Positions 49,750-59,585 are shown, counted from the stretch's first letter. The stretch is DNA of 64,000 nucleotides from a bacterium (GCA_021816845.1 JAKAWT010000001.1:134087-198086); one strand, 5' to 3'. Made by a program: numbers and translations. The notes: generated from the letters alone by a model not told the origin.

Positions 49750-50589
49750 ATGTTGATTAAAACGAAACAATTTAGCCTACAATATACTCTCGATTCTGGA
49801 CAATGTTTCTCATGGACAAAGATTGCTGATAATACGTATGTAGGTGTCATCAATAGACATGGAGTAAAAATACGACAAGATGGCAATAATCTTTATATAG
49901 AATCTTCCCCAGAAATTGATAAAGAAACTATAATTAAATATTTTAACCTTAATATTAATTATGATGAAATTATCAAAAAAATTTCTAAAGATACTGTAAT
50001 TAAATCAGGTATAGATAAGTATAGAGGGTTGAGGATAATAAATCAGGATGAATATGAGTGTACATTTGCATACATAATATCAAGTTGCAACAATGTACCC
50101 AAAATAAAAGCTTCTTACAGACTTCTCTCTTTATATCTAGGAGATAAAATAGAGGATTTAAACTTTAAAGATATTCCCCACAAATATAGTCTTTATACAT
50201 TTCCGAATATTAAAAAGTTGGAATCTGCAAATGATATTATATTAAAAGATGCAAAATTAGGTTTTAGAGCAAAATATATAAAAAATACCGCAAAAAAAAT
50301 TTTAGATGAAAATATAGATTTATATAATTTACATAATCTGGACCCAAAAGATGCATATAATATACTTATCAGTTTTCAAGGTGTTGGTGATAAAATTGCA
50401 AAATGTATATTACTTTATTCAATGGGAGTAAATTCAGCCTTCCCTATGGATACGTGGATATTAAAACATGTAAAAAGTATTTACAAAAATTACAAACTTA
50501 CAGAAATACAAGATATTGTAAATAACCTTTATGATGGATACGCAGGATGGGCTCAACTATATATATATGCTTTAGCAAGAAAAATATAA
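49750..50589 (+). CDS. 8-oxoguanine DNA glycosylase/AP lyase (OGG1-like)
   Basis: TL.SGQCF.W, GLRI..QD..E, SSCNN..KI, LGFRA.YI, HhH GVGDK.A.C, FP.D.W, AG.AQ. Confidence 0.9.
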   Translation: MLIKTKQFSLQYTLDSGQCFSWTKIADNTYVGVINRHGVKIRQDGNNLYIESSPEIDKETIIKYFNLNINYDEIIKKISKDTVIKSGIDKYRGLRIINQDEYECTFAYIISSCNNVPKIKASYRLLSLYLGDKIEDLNFKDIPHKYSLYTFPNIKKLESANDIILKDAKLGFRAKYIKNTAKKILDENIDLYNLHNLDPKDAYNILISFQGVGDKIAKCILLYSMGVNSAFPMDTWILKHVKSIYKNYKLTEIQDIVNNLYDGYAGWAQLYIYALARKI

Positions 50590-50596
50590 ATATATG

Positions 50597-50794
50597 CTAC
50601 TCTCCATACCAACCTTCAGGATCTCCTTCTCTTACACCATCCTCCTCCCTATATAATTCTTCCAGAATCTTTTGTTCTTCTGGACTTAAATCTATTCCAT
50701 CCATAACTTTTCCTACCACTACAGAACGCTTATGCTCCATCCTCCTTGCACTTTCATCAACTTCTACAATATATATTTCTTCTTCTCTCTCCAT
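50597..50794 (-). CDS. 65-aa acidic hypothetical protein
   Basis: E-rich ORF in tandem with 50819-51001; ends EGDPEGWYGE. Confidence 0.65.
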   Translation of the reverse strand: MEREEEIYIVEVDESARRMEHKRSVVVGKVMDGIDLSPEEQKILEELYREEDGVREGDPEGWYGE

Positions 50795-50818
50795 AACAGT
50801 TAAATAGTAAATTAAAAT

Positions 50819-51001
50819 TTATCTTGACCTTGAGTATCTATCATTTATTTCCTTAACTTTTCTTCTTCTCTCATTCTCAGTTCTAGAATCCCTAATAGCT
50901 CTCTCAACTTCTAATAAATACCCATTATTAGATTTTCTCTCACGTTCATCACTAGGTGAAAGTAATTCTTCTCCATTTAATCTAGTCAATCTTTCATCCA
51001 T
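50819..51001 (-). CDS. 60-aa charged (R/E-rich) hypothetical protein
   Basis: Purine-rich coding strand; fills the gap between co-oriented genes. Confidence 0.6.
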   Translation of the reverse strand: MDERLTRLNGEELLSPSDERERKSNNGYLLEVERAIRDSRTENERRRKVKEINDRYSRSR

Positions 51002-51039
51002 AATATTAAAATAATAAAATTAATCATTCAAAGTATAAA

Positions 51040-51942
51040 CTATCCTATAGTTTTTGTCAACATGGATATATTCAAAGTTTTTAGTTTTATATATATTCCT
51101 GTCCAAAATGTTAGAATAAAAACATTTAGGAAAGAATACAATAATGTCATAAGTATAAAATCCATAATAATCAGTATTATAAATATTGCTACACCAATAT
51201 GTGAATAATATAAAATTACAGAAATAGTCATATTGTTAATTGAATTTATTAAAACTATAAAAAATAATAAGTATATTAGGAATATACCAGTTATTTTCAA
51301 GAACATGCTTATATTGTTATAAACAATAACAAATGATCTTCTCATAGCATCTATAATATCCATATCTTGATCACATACAAAAATTACACCTATCATATTA
51401 ACTGATATAAGATATAAAAGAAAAATTGTAAGAATAACCAATGCAAGTAAAAATATTAATGATGCTATATACGGTATAAACGAAATTGCCACAACAATTA
51501 GTATGTATACTATAAATAGGAAAGTAGTGATAATATAAAAAACTATTTCATAAACAAAATATGATACTGCAACTCTCCTTCCATTTAGAATAAAAGATTT
51601 GATAGGATATATTTCTTGCCAATATTCTATATTGAGCATGCTTTTTACTATAGAAGCTTGTATAAAATAGAAAATCAAAGTTCCTAATATAATATATATA
51701 AGTACGATGAATGCTATTAATAACAAGACAAAAATATTAAAATGAGAGATTAAATTTAATATATATTTTGTATTATGATTTTTAAATACATAATTTGTAA
51801 GTAGAAAATATAAAATTGGAATAAGGGAAAATAAAACTAAAGATATAATAGAAAGATATAATAGATTAATATTTTTAAAAATGATAAAAATAGAATCTCT
51901 TATTTGTGTCAGAATGTCTGATATAGGAATATCTTTATTCAT
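51040..51942 (-). CDS. multi-TM membrane protein
   Basis: 6-7 TM with D...DA..RS...V..N motif typical of GPDPase_memb/DUF7847-like proteins. Confidence 0.7.
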   Translation of the reverse strand: MNKDIPISDILTQIRDSIFIIFKNINLLYLSIISLVLFSLIPILYFLLTNYVFKNHNTKYILNLISHFNIFVLLLIAFIVLIYIILGTLIFYFIQASIVKSMLNIEYWQEIYPIKSFILNGRRVAVSYFVYEIVFYIITTFLFIVYILIVVAISFIPYIASLIFLLALVILTIFLLYLISVNMIGVIFVCDQDMDIIDAMRRSFVIVYNNISMFLKITGIFLIYLLFFIVLINSINNMTISVILYYSHIGVAIFIILIIMDFILMTLLYSFLNVFILTFWTGIYIKLKTLNISMLTKTIG

Positions 51943-52004
51943 AAGTAAAATTGATTATATAACATATGAATTATTTGACAATATATGATATAATTATTGA
52001 GCTT

Positions 52005-53120
52005 ATGACAGAACCTCAGCCTACTCAAAAATCGATACAAAAATTGTTAAATATTGCTTTAGAAAAAGGATATTTATTAGAGTCAGATGTCCTAGGTGAA
52101 ATCCCATATATTGAAAATAATATTGATAATATCGATCTACTTTTTATTGAACTGGCAAAACAAAATTTGGAAATTATATATGAAGAAGATGACTATGAAG
52201 ATAAGTCAAAAAAACCTGCAGTAGTTAAAAAAGAAGACATAACTCTTGAGGATAAAATTAAGATATTAAAAACCATACAATCTAATATTGATTCAGATCC
52301 AATCAGAGCATATCTCCAGGAAATAGGTAAAATTCCTCTTCTAACAGGGAAAGAAGAAGTTACTCTCGCAAAAAGAATAAAAAGTGGAGATAAAGAAGCT
52401 ACAGAATATTTAACTACAGCAAATTTAAGATTAGTTGTATCAATTGCCAAAAAATATTATAAGGGTGGAAGTTTAAGTTTGCTTGACCTCATTCAAGAAG
52501 GAAACATAGGACTAATGAGAGCTGTGGATAAATTTGATTATACAAGAGGTTATAAATTTTCAACTTATGCTACTTGGTGGATAAGACAAGCAATAACAAG
52601 AGCAATTGCTGATCAAGAAAGAACAATTAGAATACCTGTACATATGATTGAAACTATACATCAACTTCAAAAAGTGAGAAGTACCCTCTCAATGAAACTA
52701 CAAAGATCACCTTCATCTCAAGAATTAGCAAAGGAGATGGGAAAAACTGTTGATCAAGTTGAAGAAATCATAAAGATATCCCAGTACCCTACTTCACTAT
52801 CAACACCAGTAGGAGACGATGGCTCTGGATCAAGCACAATAGCAGATTTTATTGCAGATGAAGATAACCCACAACCAGAGGCAGTAGCATCAAAAGATTT
52901 TTTGAAAAATCAGATCAGTGACGTTTTATCAGGTTTATCTGACAGAGAGAGAAAGGTTATTGAGTTGAGATTTGGTCTTCAAGATGGTGTAGCAAGGACG
53001 CTTGAGGAAGTTGGAAGAGAGTTTAAAGTAACAAGGGAAAGAATAAGACAGATTGAATCTAAAGCCTTAAAAAAATTAAATACTAAGGAAGTAAAACAAA
53101 TTCTCCAAGATTATATATAA
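52005..53120 (+). CDS. rpoD: primary sigma factor RpoD/SigA
   Basis: Region 1.1-like N-terminus, [60 protein letters not shown]; ATG 52005 follows TGATATAAT. Confidence 0.96.
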   Translation: MTEPQPTQKSIQKLLNIALEKGYLLESDVLGEIPYIENNIDNIDLLFIELAKQNLEIIYEEDDYEDKSKKPAVVKKEDITLEDKIKILKTIQSNIDSDPIRAYLQEIGKIPLLTGKEEVTLAKRIKSGDKEATEYLTTANLRLVVSIAKKYYKGGSLSLLDLIQEGNIGLMRAVDKFDYTRGYKFSTYATWWIRQAITRAIADQERTIRIPVHMIETIHQLQKVRSTLSMKLQRSPSSQELAKEMGKTVDQVEEIIKISQYPTSLSTPVGDDGSGSSTIADFIADEDNPQPEAVASKDFLKNQISDVLSGLSDRERKVIELRFGLQDGVARTLEEVGREFKVTRERIRQIESKALKKLNTKEVKQILQDYI

Positions 53121-53198
53121 AAATCACCCTACACAATAATAAATACTGAAATTTGATAAATATGTAGTATAATTACAGGATATTTAGATTATTAAATT

Positions 53199-54074
53199 AT
53201 GGAAGCTTTAAAAACAGAATATTATAATTGCAATACTGAAGTTATTGTAGATCCTATGGTTGCATATCTGGAAGAAGTTCATACTATTCCATTACTTACA
53301 AGGGAGGATGAGGTGAGATTAGGGATAAGAATGGAAAAAGGAGATGCTAAAGCAGAAGAAGAATTAATAGTAGCTAATTTGAGATTAGTTATATATTATG
53401 CAAAAAAAGTATACCAACCAGGAGGCCTAGATCTACTTGATTTAATTCAAGAAGGAAATTTAGGCCTTATTAAAGCTGTAAAAAAGTTTGACTATACAAG
53501 AGGATATAAATTTTCAACTTACTCCACTTGGTGGATAAAGCATTTTATTGAAAGAGCAGAATCACAATCTAGAACTGTTACGATCCCTCACAATATTATC
53601 ATCTATAATAAAAGGATAAAAAGATTAAGAAATGATTTATCCCAAAACTTACAAAGAGAGCCTAAGCCAGAAGAGATAGCTGAAGAGATAGGTAAACCTT
53701 TACATGAAGTAGAAGATATTGTAATGATATCTAAAAACCCATTATCATTATCAACTACTATAAGGAATAGTGATGATTTAGAAGCTACAACTATAGCAGA
53801 GTTTATAACATCTAAAGATGATATACCTCCTGATGAAATAGCTGCACAAGATTTTCTAAAAGAGGAGATACAAAAATTATTAGCGAATTTATCAGACAGA
53901 GAAAGAAAAATAATAGAACTGAGGTTTGGCTTCAATGATGGAATTGTAAGAACATTAGAAGAGGTTGGGAAAAAGTTTGGACGGACCAAAGAGAGAATAA
54001 GGCAAATTGAATGCAAAGTGTTAAAAGGGTTACAAACTAAAGAAGTATTACAAATATTACATGATTACATTTGA
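53199..54074 (+). CDS. RpoD-like sigma factor paralog 2 (no region 1.1)
   Basis: DPMVAYLEEV, NLRLVI, KFSTYSTWWIKHFIER, TKERIRQIE; C-terminus KEVLQILHDYI vs [11 protein letters not shown] of RpoD. Confidence 0.92.
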   Translation: MEALKTEYYNCNTEVIVDPMVAYLEEVHTIPLLTREDEVRLGIRMEKGDAKAEEELIVANLRLVIYYAKKVYQPGGLDLLDLIQEGNLGLIKAVKKFDYTRGYKFSTYSTWWIKHFIERAESQSRTVTIPHNIIIYNKRIKRLRNDLSQNLQREPKPEEIAEEIGKPLHEVEDIVMISKNPLSLSTTIRNSDDLEATTIAEFITSKDDIPPDEIAAQDFLKEEIQKLLANLSDRERKIIELRFGFNDGIVRTLEEVGKKFGRTKERIRQIECKVLKGLQTKEVLQILHDYI

Positions 54075-54077
54075 ATA

Positions 54078-54106
54078 TTGATCAATACTATGAGATTAAA
54101 TATGAT
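54078..54106 (+). promoter_or_regulatory. sigma70-type promoter of sigma paralog 3
   Basis: TTGATC-17 nt-TATGAT, 20 nt upstream of ATG 54127. Confidence 0.5.
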
Positions 54107-54126
54107 CAAAAATTTGTTTAAATATT

Positions 54127-55029
54127 ATGGAAGCCTTTAGAGAAGAGATAGGATACAATGAATTTGAAGATTATCTTGCTAATGAACCAGAATTAGATCC
54201 TGTAAAAATTTATCTACAAGAAATTAGTCAATTTCCACTACTAACTAAAGATGATGAAATAAGATTAGGCAAAAGAATAAAAAGTGATAATCCAGAAGAC
54301 GTTGATCTGGCTAAAAAATCCTTAGCAGAATCCAATTTAAGATTAGTTGTATCTATTGCAAAAAAATACCATACAGATAGTTTGGATATTCTCGATATAA
54401 TTCAGGAAGGGAATATGGGTTTAATCACTGCTGTAGAAAAATTTGATTATAGTCTTGGGTTTAAATTTTCAACTTACGCTACATGGTGGATTAAACAATC
54501 TATAACTAGAGCTATAGCAGATAAAGATAGAACAATAAGAATACCTTCTCATGGTATAGATAAAATCAATAAGATTAGAAAAGTTAGAAATATTTTAACT
54601 ACAGTATTAGGTAGACAACCTTTAGAGGCCGAGATAGGTGAAGAAACTGGTATATTAGAGAGTAAAATCAAAGAAATTTATACATCATCTAGGCGTACAA
54701 TATCTCTATCTACACCAATCGGAGAAGATATAGAGTCTGAAACATTAGGTGATTTTATAGCAGATGAAAAAACAGAACCACCTGATATTAGTGCTCTAAA
54801 ATTAATTTTAAAATCCGAGCTTTCTGATATGTTATCAGGATTATCAAAGAGAGAAATTCAAATATTAAACATGAGATTAGGCTTAAATGATGGATATGAG
54901 AAAACATTAACTGAGGTGGCCAATATATTTAACATTTCTAGAGAAAGAGTCAGAAATATTGAATCAAATGCTCTAAAGAGATTAAGAACTCCGCAATTAG
55001 AATCATTATTAAAATTAATGGTTCAATGA
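54127..55029 (+). CDS. RpoD-like sigma factor paralog 3 (no region 1.1)
   Basis: [56 protein letters not shown]. Confidence 0.92.
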   Translation: MEAFREEIGYNEFEDYLANEPELDPVKIYLQEISQFPLLTKDDEIRLGKRIKSDNPEDVDLAKKSLAESNLRLVVSIAKKYHTDSLDILDIIQEGNMGLITAVEKFDYSLGFKFSTYATWWIKQSITRAIADKDRTIRIPSHGIDKINKIRKVRNILTTVLGRQPLEAEIGEETGILESKIKEIYTSSRRTISLSTPIGEDIESETLGDFIADEKTEPPDISALKLILKSELSDMLSGLSKREIQILNMRLGLNDGYEKTLTEVANIFNISRERVRNIESNALKRLRTPQLESLLKLMVQ

Positions 55030-55040
55030 AATTGATTTTG

Positions 55041-55090
55041 TTTACAAATATATTCTTATCCACTACTATAATATATGGACAATATGTCCA
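55041..55090 (+). promoter_or_regulatory. promoter plus candidate operator of the 7TM/ATP-grasp operon
   Basis: TTTACA-17-TACTAT (55041-55069) followed by TGGACA-ata-TGTCCA (55076-55090). Confidence 0.45.
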
Positions 55091-55131
55091 AAATATGATA
55101 TATACAGATAGTTTAAAATATTATAGGACGT

Positions 55132-55767
55132 ATGGAACAATTATCTTTGTTTTTAATACAATCTGGTATTAGTCAAAACACGCTATATATACTATTAGCC
55201 ATACCTGTGGTAGCTCTATTTATAGTATTTATAAGACAAATCATAGGATTTGAAACATTTAATCTATATATCACCATACTCTCTATACTAGCTTTTTTCT
55301 CAACAGGTCTATTGTATGGTATATTTTTCGTTTTATACATACTGATTTTTGAAATTATATTAAAATATTTAATCAAGAATCTAACATTACATCATACAGC
55401 AAAAGAAGCTTTAACTATATCTTTTATATCATTTGCAATAATAGGGGCTTTATATAGTGTTCATGTAATATTTAATTATCATCATAGTATTTCAATATAT
55501 GCAATATTAATACTAATGTTACTTGGAGAATCTCTAGCCACAATGAAGATTAAAAAGGGAGAGAGACATGGTAACTATATATATATTCAAACCATAATTA
55601 TTGGACTTTTGATATATATGGCAGTTGGATCTTATGACTTTAGGACGACAATCATAAAATACCCAGTTTTATCACTTATTGCAATAATTTTTGATGTATA
55701 CGTTGGAAGAGTGACATCTTTAAGATTTACAGAACTGTTTAGATTTAGAAAATTAATCAAAGACTAA
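55132..55767 (+). CDS. 7TM_transglut-like membrane protein
   Basis: LL.IP......F.RQIIG.ETF..Y, ....G...LR..EL.RF C-terminus. Confidence 0.8.
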   Translation: MEQLSLFLIQSGISQNTLYILLAIPVVALFIVFIRQIIGFETFNLYITILSILAFFSTGLLYGIFFVLYILIFEIILKYLIKNLTLHHTAKEALTISFISFAIIGALYSVHVIFNYHHSISIYAILILMLLGESLATMKIKKGERHGNYIYIQTIIIGLLIYMAVGSYDFRTTIIKYPVLSLIAIIFDVYVGRVTSLRFTELFRFRKLIKD

Positions 55768-55768
55768 T

Positions 55769-57154
55769 ATGATAGTTATATCAAAAGAAAAATCAAAAAA
55801 ACTTTTGGGTATGAATGCTAGAAATTTACTCTTTATTGACAAATCGGCTACAGCAATATCTAATTCAAAAATAAAATCAAAAAAAAGACTTAAGGATTTT
55901 AATATTCCTGTATCAAAAACTATTGCAACAATTAAAAATCTAGAAGAATTTGAAAATTTTGATTTTTCTAATCTACCTCTAAGTTTTGTACTAAAACCAA
56001 ATAAAGGGTTAGGAGGTGAAGGTATAATTATTGTATATGGGAAAAAGAAGAAAAAAAGTATTGATGAAGAAGACTCTTGGATAATGCCTAATAAAGAAGT
56101 TATAACCTTAACAAAGTTAAAAAGTCATATTTTAGATATTCTGAATGGGAATTTTTCTATAAATTCAGGTAATGACACTGCACTATTTGAAGAAAGAGTA
56201 AAAGTAATTCCTTTATTTTCAAAATTCACAAAACAAGGATTACCAGATATTAGAATTATAGTATACAGAAATATTCCGATAATGGCTGAATGTAGAATTC
56301 CAACAATAGAATCTAAAGGTAAGGCCAACCTTCACTCTGGAGGTGTTGGAGTTGGAATTGATATAGCAAATGGTGTAACTACAAATGCTATATTAAAAAA
56401 TTCTTCTATAGAAATTCATCCAGACACCGGAGAACGACTTAGTGGTATAAAAATACCTTACTGGAATAAGATATTAGAGATGTCTATACTATCATCCATA
56501 GCAATTAATGCAAAATTTATTGGAGTTGATATTGCTATAGATAAAAATAATGGACCATTAATCTTAGAAGTAAATGCTAGACCTGGATTAGCTATACAAA
56601 TTGCAAATAATGATGGGTTGAAAGAAAGACTTCTATCTGTCTCAAAAATAAAGACAAAAAACCCTCAATCTTCAATAAGAATTGCTAAAGAAATATTTGG
56701 AGGAGAAATAGAAGAAGAGGTCTCAGAAATTACAGGAAAGATAATAATAGGAAAAAAAGTGAAAGTATTAATAGGGAGTATGAGAACTCCCATAGAGGCA
56801 AAAATAGATAGTGGTGCATACCGTTCTTCAATATCTGAAGATATCGCAAAAGAAATAGGATACAATAATGTGTTAGAGAAATTTAATAAAATAGATATTC
56901 CTTCAAACTTGAATATAGGGAATATTAAAATTAAAGAAGAAGAACTTACAAAGCGTTATCATATAAAACTAAAATCAATTAGATCTGTAAATGGATTTTC
57001 AATAAGACCAGTAATAACTGCATCGCTAGAATTTTGTGACACAGATATAAATATAGAAACTGATTTTACAATTGCCCAAAGATCATATATGAGGTACCCT
57101 ATAATAATAGGGAGGAAAGATCTTTCAAATTTTTTATTAGATGTAACAAAGTAA
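55769..57154 (+). CDS. alpha-L-glutamate-ligase-like ATP-grasp protein fused to a RimB-like aspartic protease
   Basis: LGMNARN, KP..G.GGEGI, PDIRIIV, ANLH.GG, GVDI, LEVNARPGL.IQIAN; C-terminal AKIDSGA..SS, RP.I, R..M.YP.IIGR. Confidence 0.85.
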   Translation: MIVISKEKSKKLLGMNARNLLFIDKSATAISNSKIKSKKRLKDFNIPVSKTIATIKNLEEFENFDFSNLPLSFVLKPNKGLGGEGIIIVYGKKKKKSIDEEDSWIMPNKEVITLTKLKSHILDILNGNFSINSGNDTALFEERVKVIPLFSKFTKQGLPDIRIIVYRNIPIMAECRIPTIESKGKANLHSGGVGVGIDIANGVTTNAILKNSSIEIHPDTGERLSGIKIPYWNKILEMSILSSIAINAKFIGVDIAIDKNNGPLILEVNARPGLAIQIANNDGLKERLLSVSKIKTKNPQSSIRIAKEIFGGEIEEEVSEITGKIIIGKKVKVLIGSMRTPIEAKIDSGAYRSSISEDIAKEIGYNNVLEKFNKIDIPSNLNIGNIKIKEEELTKRYHIKLKSIRSVNGFSIRPVITASLEFCDTDINIETDFTIAQRSYMRYPIIIGRKDLSNFLLDVTK

Positions 57155-57299
57155 TCATAGATAGATTAAAAACTGTTAAGATTGAGAATTAAATGGTGAG
57201 AGATTAGTTTAAGTTAGGTACTCTAGTCCCTTTGTATTATAATGAACATAGTATAAATTAACTTATAACAAAATATAATGCTTGTTTAATATATTAATT

Positions 57300-58193
57300 A
57301 TGAAAATTGCTATTTTATCAAGATCTAAAAGTATTGAAGTACTTTCTCTAAAAGAAGAGGGTGAAAAAGAAGGGCATTCTGTTGATATTATTGATCCCAA
57401 GAAATTAGTATTTACTATTTTTAAAAATACTTTTGAAATATATACAGATACTGGAGTTAATATACTATCCTATGATGCATATATACCAAGGTACTTTGGT
57501 ATTACAACTGGTAAATATAGAAAAAATTCTAAAGGATTAGTCGTTAGGTATTTAACTGATCACAATAAAATTGTACTTGATAGTATTGAAGGTAAAAGAT
57601 TTTCTCAAGAGGGTAAAATTTTCTCATTTTCTAAATATTTAGAATCAGGTTTGTCATTGATCCCAACTCTATACTTATATTCTCAAAATTTGGATAAATT
57701 GGATCAACTATTAAAAGAACATAACATCAGCTCTCCTTATATTTTAAAAGATATAAAAGGAGTTCAGGGGAAAAATATTTATAAAGTTAATTCCAAAGAT
57801 GAAATTACAAATATAATAAAAAAGAATGTCAATATTCATTTTATGATACAACCATTTATAGGAATAGAGCATGATTTAAGAATCCTTGTATTAGGGGATA
57901 AGATATTAGGTTGTATGGATAAAATACATAAAAATAATGATTTTAAAGGAAATATAGCACAAGGTGCGATCGGAGTGCCTTTCAATATAACGAATGATAT
58001 TATAAAAATATCAAATATTGCAAGATTCAGAAATGGTGCTGATTTTTGTGGTGTTGATATTGCAATTACAAAAGATACTACCTACCTCCTGGAAGTAAAT
58101 AGATCTCCACAATACAAAGGTTTTATGAACGCTACTGGGATTAATGTATCCAAAGAAATAATTAAATATTTGGAATATTTATACGTATTATGA
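57300..58193 (+). CDS. RimK/LysX-family ATP-grasp peptide ligase (copy 1)
   Basis: MKIAILSR, LK..G.QG, IQPFI, DLRILV, DF.GN..QG, GVDI, EVN.SP; ATG 57300. Confidence 0.88.
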   Translation: MKIAILSRSKSIEVLSLKEEGEKEGHSVDIIDPKKLVFTIFKNTFEIYTDTGVNILSYDAYIPRYFGITTGKYRKNSKGLVVRYLTDHNKIVLDSIEGKRFSQEGKIFSFSKYLESGLSLIPTLYLYSQNLDKLDQLLKEHNISSPYILKDIKGVQGKNIYKVNSKDEITNIIKKNVNIHFMIQPFIGIEHDLRILVLGDKILGCMDKIHKNNDFKGNIAQGAIGVPFNITNDIIKISNIARFRNGADFCGVDIAITKDTTYLLEVNRSPQYKGFMNATGINVSKEIIKYLEYLYVL

Positions 58194-59113
58194 GAATTTG
58201 TCTATTAACAAGATCCAACCGAGGAAATGATATTAATAACTTTTTTTATGTAAAAGCTCTAAAAAATGCTTCACTTAAAAGAGGACATACATTTGATATA
58301 ATTGATCCTGGTGATTTGATCTATTATATACAAGAAGATAATCTTTTAATAAAAACTGGAAGCAATAAAAATATATTAGATTTTGATGTTTATATACCAA
58401 AGGTAGTCTTAATAAAAGAAGGTGTCAAAAGAATATCTGATAGGGGAATTCTTGTAAAATATCTCATTGACCATAATAAAATATTTTTTAACTTCACTGA
58501 AAGTTTTAGAAGTTCATCACGAAGCAAGATGTATGACTTTTTCAGACTTGCTAGTAATAATGTACCACTTATTCCTAGCATATATATAGAAGATAACAAA
58601 GATCTTGAGAGTGTGGATAAATATATAAAAAAGTTCAATTTCTCGTATCCTTTAATTCTAAAATCAAATAAAGGATTACAAGGGAAAAATCTTTTTTATA
58701 CTACTACAAGGAAAGAAGTACACAATGTATTACAAAAATATAGAGACATATCATTTATTATACAACCATATTATGAAATCATGCATGATCTCAGAATCAT
58801 TGTACTTAAAGGTAAGATTCTTGGCACTATGGATAAAATACACAAAAAGGATGATTTCAGAGGAAATATCGCCCAAGGAGCAATTGGGGTACCATATGAT
58901 CTTGATAAGGCTGTACAAAATATCGCTCTTAATGCAGCACAAGTTGATGGATCTGAATTTGTAGGTGTTGATATTGCAATTACAAATAAAGGACCTTTTG
59001 TACTTGAGGTCAACAGAAACTTAGGGTTTCAAGGATTTTCCAAGTTTCTAAAAGTAGATACTGCAGGTATCATAGTAGAATATTTAGAATCACTTTATAA
59101 TCATGCATTATAA
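58190..59113 (+). CDS. RimK/LysX-family ATP-grasp peptide ligase (copy 2)
   Basis: Same motif set (DFRGNIAQGA, GVDI, LEVN); ATGA overlap with copy 1. Confidence 0.88.
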   Translation: MRICLLTRSNRGNDINNFFYVKALKNASLKRGHTFDIIDPGDLIYYIQEDNLLIKTGSNKNILDFDVYIPKVVLIKEGVKRISDRGILVKYLIDHNKIFFNFTESFRSSSRSKMYDFFRLASNNVPLIPSIYIEDNKDLESVDKYIKKFNFSYPLILKSNKGLQGKNLFYTTTRKEVHNVLQKYRDISFIIQPYYEIMHDLRIIVLKGKILGTMDKIHKKDDFRGNIAQGAIGVPYDLDKAVQNIALNAAQVDGSEFVGVDIAITNKGPFVLEVNRNLGFQGFSKFLKVDTAGIIVEYLESLYNHAL

Positions 59114-59178
59114 ATACTTATATTCTACAAAGCATATTAAGAATATAAATAATCTATTATTTACAAGATAGTGCATAT

Positions 59179-59550
59179 ATGGAGAAAAAAAATATATCTA
59201 ATCACAGAAGATCGATAAAGAAAATAATATATGGATTTTTATTTTTTGTGATAGCATTCCTTCTGACTACTAATTTTCTTATAACACCAAAAAATGCACA
59301 AGGGAATATTATAACTCTAAATATATATATTGTTATTTCAGAAATATTTTTTATATTATTTTTCTTTATAACCTTTTTTGTTTATCTAATAAAACCAAAT
59401 ACTAGAAATTTTATAAAAAACTCAATAATAATACCTTTAACAATATCAATAATGATACTTTTGAGAGTTTTTGGTGAACTGGATATACTAATGATATTTG
59501 TCATCCCTATAACAGCAATAATACTTTATTTTTTAATCAGTATTATATAA
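59179..59550 (+). CDS. 4-TM hypothetical membrane protein
   Basis: Four hydrophobic segments. Confidence 0.7.
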   Translation: MEKKNISNHRRSIKKIIYGFLFFVIAFLLTTNFLITPKNAQGNIITLNIYIVISEIFFILFFFITFFVYLIKPNTRNFIKNSIIIPLTISIMILLRVFGELDILMIFVIPITAIILYFLISII

Positions 59551-59585
59551 TAATATAATTCCACATATTTGATATAATACTCCTT

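Noticed and set aside
54076-54087. 12-bp palindrome TATTGATCAATA between sigma genes
   Set aside because: Short and AT-rich, expected by chance; overlaps a plausible -35
57300-59113. LysX/ArgX lysine-arginine biosynthesis cluster
   Set aside because: No lysZ/lysY/lysJ/lysK or zinc-ribbon lysW in the window
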